Assembly (NCBI GenBank): GCA_964394465.1 | Contig: CAYMXS010000001.1 | Location: 33,484-97,483, forward strand | Direction of reading: 5' to 3' | DNA length: 64,000 nt | From: an uncultured Thermoplasmata archaeon | GTDB taxonomy: Archaea > Thermoplasmatota > Thermoplasmata > Halarchaeoplasmatales > Halarchaeoplasmataceae | Shown: piece after piece, positions 58,628 through 64,000 of the stretch | Layout: each line of letters opens with the position of its first letter | Position numbering within the stretch: position 1 is the first letter of the stretch | The notes under the pieces: generated by a model | Databases searched by the model: none | Seen by the model: the letters and a program-made list of their open reading frames with translations, nothing else | Told to the model about the DNA's origin: nothing | Position numbers and translations under genes: made by a program

Positions 58628-59749
58628 ATGGAGAGTATATCAATGGAATCAATAGTCGATGAGGCACTGTCTAATGTAGGTGGTGAGAAGGCTGAGAAGA
58701 GCATGGAGAAGGACGCAAGAGACCTATCAGCCGATGACGAGGAACTCAAAGAGGTATTATCAGATTTAAAGACGGACATAAAGATAGTCGGTGTAGGTGG
58801 AGCCGGCTGCAATACCATAGAAAGGATGTCCGAAGAGGGCATACAAGGAGCTAAACTTATAGCCGCAAATACCGACGCTCAGCACCTTCTGACCGTGCAT
58901 GCAGAGAGAAAGATACTGCTTGGTAGAAGGAAGACCAGAGGTTTAGGTGCCGGAGCTCGACCACAGGTCGGCAAAGAAGCTACCGAGGAAGCTAGGGATG
59001 ATCTCAATGAGCTCCTAGAGGGTACAGATCTGGCCTTCATCACCTGTGGGCTGGGTGGAGGTACAGGAACCGGCGGTTCACCGACTATAGCCCAGATAGC
59101 CAAGGACAACGGCGCTCTGACCGTTGCCGTTTGCACCACTCCCTTCACCGCTGAAGGCACCGCAAGGATGGACAACGCTGAATGGGGCCTAGCACAACTC
59201 AAGAGCATAGCCGATACCGTCATAACCATACCCAACGATAAGCTGCTGGATCTCGTTCCAAGGTTATCACTGAACAAAGCGTTCAAAGTGGCGGATGAAG
59301 TGCTCACCCGTTCGATAAAGGGCATAACGGAGATCGTCACCAAACCTGGTCTTGTTAACCTGGACTTCAACGATCTTAAGACTGTGATGGAAGGCGCCGG
59401 TGTAGCGATGATAGGCATGGGAGAGGACGATTCTGAAAACAGAGCCGAAGAGGCCATAAAAGAGGCGTTGAATTCGCCACTGTTAGAGGTCGACATAAGC
59501 AACGCCAACGCGGCCCTGATAAACGTGGTCGGCGGAAACGATATGACCGTCGGCGAGGCTGAACAGGCCGCAGAACTCGTCGAGAGCAAGATAGGGAAAG
59601 AGGCTAGGATCATCTGGGGGGCTTCAGTCGAGCCCACATTAGAGAAAACGCTAAGGGTCATGGTGGTCATAACAGGCGTTAAATCCAGCCAGATATTCGG
59701 TGAAGAAGGAGAAGACCTGGAGAAGGAAGGAATCCAAACTGTAGCATGA
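58628..59749 (+). CDS. ftsZ: Cell division GTPase FtsZ
   Basis: 373 aa. IKIVGVGGAGCNTIERM is tubulin motif T1, GLGGGTGTGGSPTIAQIAK is the T4 GGGTGTG motif, and NLDFNDLKTVM is T7. Confidence 0.9.
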   Translation: MESISMESIVDEALSNVGGEKAEKSMEKDARDLSADDEELKEVLSDLKTDIKIVGVGGAGCNTIERMSEEGIQGAKLIAANTDAQHLLTVHAERKILLGRRKTRGLGAGARPQVGKEATEEARDDLNELLEGTDLAFITCGLGGGTGTGGSPTIAQIAKDNGALTVAVCTTPFTAEGTARMDNAEWGLAQLKSIADTVITIPNDKLLDLVPRLSLNKAFKVADEVLTRSIKGITEIVTKPGLVNLDFNDLKTVMEGAGVAMIGMGEDDSENRAEEAIKEALNSPLLEVDISNANAALINVVGGNDMTVGEAEQAAELVESKIGKEARIIWGASVEPTLEKTLRVMVVITGVKSSQIFGEEGEDLEKEGIQTVA

Positions 59750-59759
59750 GGTCGGACCA

Positions 59760-59996
59760 ATGGATATAATAGAAGAATCATGGAAGGTTCAGAAGAAGAT
59801 CGAGGAGAAGGCCGGCAAGATCGGCAAAGGCAAGTATGGCCGGATACTCAAGATGGCTAGAAAACCCGACAAAGAGGAGTACAGAAAGACACTGATGATC
59901 TGCGTGGCAGGTATCCTGCTCATAGGAGGTCTTGGGTTCTTGATGTACTGGTTGTGGAACAACGTTCCCGATTATCTGCCTTTCTTGATAGGATAG
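59760..59996 (+). CDS. secE: Protein translocase subunit SecE/Sec61-gamma
   Basis: 78 aa with a single C-terminal TM helix (LMICVAGILLIGGLGFLMYWLW) and a basic N-terminus. It lies in the conserved archaeal position between ftsZ and spt5. Confidence 0.75.
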   Translation: MDIIEESWKVQKKIEEKAGKIGKGKYGRILKMARKPDKEEYRKTLMICVAGILLIGGLGFLMYWLWNNVPDYLPFLIG

Positions 59997-59997
59997 A

Positions 59998-60933
59998 GTG
60001 GTATACATGGGACTTCTTGATGATTTTACGGAAGAGGAAATAGCCGAGGAAGAAGAGAAAGAAGAGTTTGTACCTAAAGAAAAGAAGGAAGAAGAAGAAG
60101 AAAAGGAACTCGGTATAAAGCTCGTTTGTGAGGATAACAAAAGGACAGTAACAACGGAGAACAAAACAGACTATTTGGTCAAACTGGTCAACGAGACAAA
60201 TTCCGGTCAGAAGATAGACCTCAAAGGTCACCTGATATACACTACCGATAGAGACGAATGGATACCTTGGGAGGTGACCATTCTAAACCAAAAAACACTT
60301 TCGAATCCTGAGGACGAGTTCAGCACCACGGTAGAAGTAGATGAAAGGGGCGAGAAAAGGATCCCCGTTGGGGTGAATCCACCTGAAGATGCTGGCTATG
60401 GAGATAAAGTCGAGATAATAATAGATGCATCCTCCGCTGAGGATGTGCTTTTATCCGACTCGATAACACTTATAACTACTGCTAGACCGACTGTAGTGGC
60501 GGTCAAGACCCAGATAAATCAGGAGAAGAACGTTGCGGATTACATCTCAAAGTGGGCGAAAAAAGGCAATAAAGGAGTTTTCTCAATACTGTCGCCCAAA
60601 CCCGTCAGAGGTTACATATTTCTGGAGGCGATGAACCCTCATCGTGTAGAGGACGCCATAAGCGGTACAAGGAAAGCGAAGAGCGTGGTGGAAGGTGAGA
60701 CCAGTATAGAGGAAGTCGAGCACTTCTTGACGCCTAAACTGGCCGTAGAAGGTATCGCCGAAGGGGACATAGTCGAGCTTTCTGCGGGTCCATTCAAGGG
60801 CGAGAACGCCCGGGTGACCAAGATAAATGAGGACAACGATGAGATAACGGTCGAACTGTTCGAGGCAACTGTTCCAATACCAGTCACGGTCAGAGGAGAC
60901 CATGTAAGGGTCTTGGAAAAGGATGAAGAATGA
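59998..60933 (+). CDS. spt5: Transcription elongation factor Spt5 (NusG), NGN + KOW, with an unusual ~160-aa acidic/K-rich N-terminal extension in the longest ORF
   Basis: The NGN domain is VFSILSPKPVRGYIFLEAMNPHRVEDAISG. The KOW domain is GDIVELSAGPFKGENARVTKINEDN..ITVELF. The N-terminal 160 aa (EEEEKEEFVPKEKKEEEEEKE..) has no known match. An in-frame GTG near 60445 would give a conventional-length Spt5. Confidence 0.8.
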   Translation: MVYMGLLDDFTEEEIAEEEEKEEFVPKEKKEEEEEKELGIKLVCEDNKRTVTTENKTDYLVKLVNETNSGQKIDLKGHLIYTTDRDEWIPWEVTILNQKTLSNPEDEFSTTVEVDERGEKRIPVGVNPPEDAGYGDKVEIIIDASSAEDVLLSDSITLITTARPTVVAVKTQINQEKNVADYISKWAKKGNKGVFSILSPKPVRGYIFLEAMNPHRVEDAISGTRKAKSVVEGETSIEEVEHFLTPKLAVEGIAEGDIVELSAGPFKGENARVTKINEDNDEITVELFEATVPIPVTVRGDHVRVLEKDEE

Positions 60934-60985
60934 ATCAGAAACGCTTAGAGTGTATTAAGATTTAAATAAGATAAAACTAAAGGAG

Positions 60986-61471
60986 TTGATCGATATGGCT
61001 GAAGAAACGATAGAAGCTCTCGTAGACGCTGGCGAGGCAAGTGCTGGACCTCCCTTGGGTCCCGAGTTGGGCCCCCTGGGAGTCAACATAATGGATATAG
61101 TTGAATCGATAAACGAGGAGACCGAGAAGTTCAAAGGTATGAAGGTCCCCATCAAACTCACCGTCGATACCGAGACGGGGGAACACGAGGTAGAGGTAGG
61201 GACTCCGCCGACATCCGGCCTCATCTTGGAGAAGGCCGGTATAGAGAAGGGAAGCGGCAGTCCCCAGAGCAATAAGGTTGCGGACCTCAGCATGGAAGAG
61301 ATAGTCGAGATAGCTGAGATGAAGGATACGGACCTTCTCGGCAAGAACCTCAAAAAGAAGGCTAAAGAGATAATCGGCACATGTGTCTCCATGGGAGTTA
61401 CAGTCGAGGGTAAAGAGCCGAAGGAGATCTTGATGCTCATAGATGAAGGACAGTACGACTCGGCCTTCTAG
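60986..61471 (+). CDS. rpl11: 50S ribosomal protein L11
   Basis: ALVDAGEASAGPPLGPELGPLGVNIMDIVESINEETEKFKGMKVPIKLTVD is the canonical L11 N-terminal domain. The true start is probably MAEETIE at 60998. Confidence 0.9.
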   Translation: MIDMAEETIEALVDAGEASAGPPLGPELGPLGVNIMDIVESINEETEKFKGMKVPIKLTVDTETGEHEVEVGTPPTSGLILEKAGIEKGSGSPQSNKVADLSMEEIVEIAEMKDTDLLGKNLKKKAKEIIGTCVSMGVTVEGKEPKEILMLIDEGQYDSAF

Positions 61472-61544
61472 ATTTTCTAGGTCTAGAGGTAAAAACTCTT
61501 CTAAATCTTAAACACTTTTTTCGTTTTTACACCACTTTCTATCA

Positions 61545-62360
61545 TCAGAGTTTGACCTTTTCCGCCTTACCTCTCTCTATCAGTACGTTTGCCAGGTCTT
61601 CCCTCATGGTGAGTACGTCTTCCTTTCTCAACTCGTAGGTATCTCTCAGACCGATGAAGGGTGACATATCCTCCGTTATACGTATCAGCAGTTCGTCGAA
61701 GCTCTCGGGTTCTTCAGTATCCTTTTTTTTCTCCTCGATCTCCTCCTCTATTGTCTTCTCTGTACCCCCTTCACTCTCCTCTTTTTTCTCCTTTTCCTTT
61801 TTTTCTCCCCCTTCCTCTTCTCTTATATCGATGGTCTCAGTCTTTTCCCCCGTCTCTAACTCTTCCGTATCGCTAGTCTTTTTCTTCAATCCCTCTTCCA
61901 GTCCCTGCTCTACGTCCTCTTCAACGGTCTTCTCTTTTTCCTCTTCGCTGACTTCTTTCTTCGACGGTGCCTTGCGCTTGTAACCTCCGAAGAAGACCTC
62001 CTCTTTGAGTTCCTTCAGCAGGCTGGTGATGTTCTCGAAAAGATCCAACTCTCTATCCACCATCCTGCTCATATCCACGTTCTCGCCTAACGAGTCGTGA
62101 TACGCGGCCAGAACGATCTTCCTCTGCCTCTTCTTGAAGAAATCGTCGGCTATCTTTTTCACCTGCTTGAATTCCTTGTGGACCAATCTCTCTCTTTTAG
62201 TTTCTGGAAGGCCAATCTCCGAGACTCTCTCGTCCAGGTCCTGTATATATCGTCTCAGATCCTCGTAGAAATCATCCGGGATAGAAGAAAGCTGTTTAGA
62301 ACTGGCTTCTGCGTCTCTAGCGTTCACGAGGTCGTCGTAGTCGAATTCGTCTTCGGCCAT
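61545..62360 (-). CDS. Acidic protein, possibly a GINS-family (Gins51/Sld5-Psf1-like) replication factor, with a long E/K-rich low-complexity insert
   Basis: 271 aa. The N-terminal IPDDFYEDLRRYIQDL...RER...KKIADDFFKKRQRKIVLAA resembles the GINS A-domain pattern from memory. The central ~100 aa are a poly-E/K tract. This is a weak call. Confidence 0.3.
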   Translation of the reverse strand: MAEDEFDYDDLVNARDAEASSKQLSSIPDDFYEDLRRYIQDLDERVSEIGLPETKRERLVHKEFKQVKKIADDFFKKRQRKIVLAAYHDSLGENVDMSRMVDRELDLFENITSLLKELKEEVFFGGYKRKAPSKKEVSEEEKEKTVEEDVEQGLEEGLKKKTSDTEELETGEKTETIDIREEEGGEKKEKEKKEESEGGTEKTIEEEIEEKKKDTEEPESFDELLIRITEDMSPFIGLRDTYELRKEDVLTMREDLANVLIERGKAEKVKL

Positions 62361-62431
62361 CTACATCGCATAGAAAAAGATGCTATTAGTGTTTTTGGAA
62401 GGTGAGCCAATAGGATTTTTACAGTAATATT

Positions 62432-62665
62432 TCAGCCGACGAAATGGGCAGAGCACGAAGGGCATCTTTCAGCGTCCTCGTCCACCATTTCACTGCAGTT
62501 GGAACAGACGAAACTAGTTTCCTCTTCTTCCTGAGTCTCCAATACTTTTGCGCCACACTTGATACATTCAAAATCGTCTGGAACCAGTCCTCCGCAGAAA
62601 GGACATACCATGAAAACCTCGATGTAAGCTGTCTTTTCCTCTTCGCCTTGGCTCTCGGGTGTCAT
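62432..62665 (-). CDS. Small double zinc-ribbon protein
   Basis: 77 aa with CPFCGG..CIKCGAKV and CSNCSE..CPSCSAHF, that is two CxxC..CxxC pairs, and an acidic linker. Confidence 0.4.
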   Translation of the reverse strand: MTPESQGEEEKTAYIEVFMVCPFCGGLVPDDFECIKCGAKVLETQEEEETSFVCSNCSEMVDEDAERCPSCSAHFVG

Positions 62666-62691
62666 GCGTTTGGATGATACTCTTTAGGATA

Positions 62692-63162
62692 TTAATCATT
62701 TTTGCTCGTATTCCTAACGGTGCCCCATTTACCCCCGCTTATCTGTAATCCATAGCCCTTGTCCTGAACGTAACCGTTTATGACCTTTATCTCGTCGCCT
62801 GTTTCGAATCTTTCGTCCACCTCTTCCGCTTTATCTCCCCAGAATACCACTTTCAGTGAACCGGTACCGTCGTCTATCCTCACATTTCTCACCTTGCCCT
62901 GACCGTTCTTCTTACTGAATGTCCTCACACTGCCCAGGTCTATGATCCTGCCTTCAACGGTCGCCTCTTGGCCCGCCTCCAGTTCTTCGATGTCGTGCTG
63001 CGAGACCTCGTAGCGGTCCTCTTCGGCTAGAAGCAGTTTAGCTATGACTTCATCCGTGAACAGTCCGTTGTACTCCTCCCTCCTTTTCTCTATCGTCTGT
63101 TCAAATTCATCTCTTGTGTAGATATCATCGACGTCCTTGTACAGTTCTTCTATCTCGGACAT
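62692..63162 (-). CDS. OB-fold ssDNA-binding protein (RPA/SSB-like)
   Basis: 156 aa. An N-terminal helical region with ...FTDEVIAKLLLAEE is followed by one OB fold (ATVEGRIIDLGSVRTFSKKNGQGKVRNVRIDDGTGSLKVVFWGD). This resembles short euryarchaeal RPA proteins. Confidence 0.5.
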   Translation of the reverse strand: MSEIEELYKDVDDIYTRDEFEQTIEKRREEYNGLFTDEVIAKLLLAEEDRYEVSQHDIEELEAGQEATVEGRIIDLGSVRTFSKKNGQGKVRNVRIDDGTGSLKVVFWGDKAEEVDERFETGDEIKVINGYVQDKGYGLQISGGKWGTVRNTSKND

Positions 63163-63283
63163 AGTTTTTGAAATAGCTGCTCGGTTAAAACATTTGCTTT
63201 TTCCATAGCATGAAATATTAACGAGGTAGGTTAAACAAGCTTAATGGCAAAGTCTAAATGTATATTTTACCATTCATGAATAT

Positions 63284-64000
63284 ATGACCTATCGCGAAGA
63301 TGAACTCGACCTGCGTCTGCTGCGCTTCCTTCTTTCAGGGGACGGCGTCCACGTCAACGTCAGTGGGCTCTCAAGGGACCTAGATATACATTGGGCCACG
63401 GCGAAGAAAAAACTTCAGTTCCTGTACGACCAGGATATATTGACCTCACCTTTCTATCCCTTCGTCCAGCTCTTCGAGGAATATCCCTTGCTGGTCCTCG
63501 TCAAGGCGGACATGCCGAGGATCCAGGGCGTGAGGAACTTCTACAGGGACGATTCACATATATTCGCGGCATTTTCCTGCATGGAGGGCTTTTACAACAC
63601 ATTCCTGATCGAATTTTTTGAAGGATTAGAGGAATATCATTCCTGGCGCAGCAAGATAGTCAGAGAGAACAAGATCCCGGCTAGGGGCGAAAGGACACCG
63701 GCTCAGTCGGAATTCTTCAGCAACAGATTGACCTTCAAATATGAACCGACCTGTTTCATCCACAAGATGGTGGACGAATTCGAAAAAGATGGCTTCGTTG
63801 AGTTGAACGGGATAAAGATCGAGGGAGATACCTTTCGTATACTAGAGAAGGTGATGAAGGGAGAAGGCATCCGTACCAATTATTCATACATCGGTAGAGA
63901 GATAGGGGCGAATCGAAAAACGGTGAAGAGGAGGATAGATTCTCTTCTAGATAAGAACATCATCGCCGATCCCGGGTGTTACTTTCCAAATCTGCTGATC
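63284..64000 (+). CDS. Putative transcriptional regulator with two Lrp/AsnC-type HTH regions. It is 5'-partial in the window and continues beyond the end.
   Basis: An open frame from the ATG at 63284 runs to the window end (239 codons with no stop; hand-translated). LDLRLLRFLLSGDGVHVNVSGLSRDLDIHWATAKKKLQFL and IGREIGANRKTVKRRIDSLLDKNII look like HTH_AsnC motifs. It is not in the ORF track because it has no stop. Confidence 0.4.
   Translation, partial: MTYREDELDLRLLRFLLSGDGVHVNVSGLSRDLDIHWATAKKKLQFLYDQDILTSPFYPFVQLFEEYPLLVLVKADMPRIQGVRNFYRDDSHIFAAFSCMEGFYNTFLIEFFEGLEEYHSWRSKIVRENKIPARGERTPAQSEFFSNRLTFKYEPTCFIHKMVDEFEKDGFVELNGIKIEGDTFRILEKVMKGEGIRTNYSYIGREIGANRKTVKRRIDSLLDKNIIADPGCYFPNLLI

Overview
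The window looks archaeal (euryarchaeal-type). Markers are archaeal FtsZ, SecE, Spt5 and L11 clustered together, Alba, Orc1/Cdc6, an archaeal-type tRNA-Glu, a type-A RNase P RNA candidate, and an FwdE/FmdE-family protein. GC is roughly 50% and coding density is high on both strands.

Gene content in order:
- 1-5300: Fe-S and iron-handling genes. These are a Nox/CoADR-like fragment, a NifX-like domain protein, an Mrp/NBP35 ATPase, feoA-feoA-split feoB, and a DtxR-family repressor.
- 5313-7222: a bacterial-type MetK followed by a DUF4213/DUF364 protein.
- 7225-13574: a segment bracketed by two divergent MBL-fold paralogues. It holds a family-4 UDG, a ferredoxin, and a compact four-gene NuoB-C-D-I-like module with no membrane subunits.
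- 13662-23964: an aminotransferase, a radical SAM plus two methyltransferase genes, a TrmO/TsaA-like gene, a CDF transporter fused to a NifX-like domain, an FwdE-like gene, an iron-siderophore/cobalamin-type ABC transporter, and an SDR.
- 23965-25245: a non-coding RNA island. It contains tRNA-Glu(CUC), whose 3' end and flank are repeated downstream, a 48-aa zinc-ribbon gene, and an RNase P RNA candidate on the minus strand.
- 25245-30601: hypotheticals, Orc1/Cdc6 and a coiled-coil bactofilin-like protein in a minus-strand gene string. Other housekeeping genes follow, namely a PHP phosphoesterase, MarR plus a MATE transporter, a Roadblock protein, an amidohydrolase and GcvH.
- 36927-53488: the most unusual region. 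Three tandem same-strand giant secreted proteins of 1290, 1277 and 2844 aa share nine copies of a roughly 150-aa cysteine-free module (motifs EDFE..SGLWH..MWYGQDSTG..HWFETE..RGWYVDD) interleaved with PKD domains. Each carries a different head. These are a papain-like C1 protease, a calcineurin-like metallophosphoesterase with a lamin-tail domain, and a PstS-like phosphate-binding-type domain inserted into a novel ~330-aa repeat followed by Ig-like domains. There are near-identical intragenic DNA repeats.
- 53502-64000: purS-purL, a DUF58 protein, Alba, ftsZ-secE-spt5-rpl11, a GINS-like gene, a zinc ribbon, an RPA-like OB-fold protein, and a partial tandem-HTH regulator.

No CRISPR array, transposase or integrase was seen. 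All calls are from reading translated ORFs and nucleotide patterns by eye. Family assignments rest on remembered motifs, not searches.
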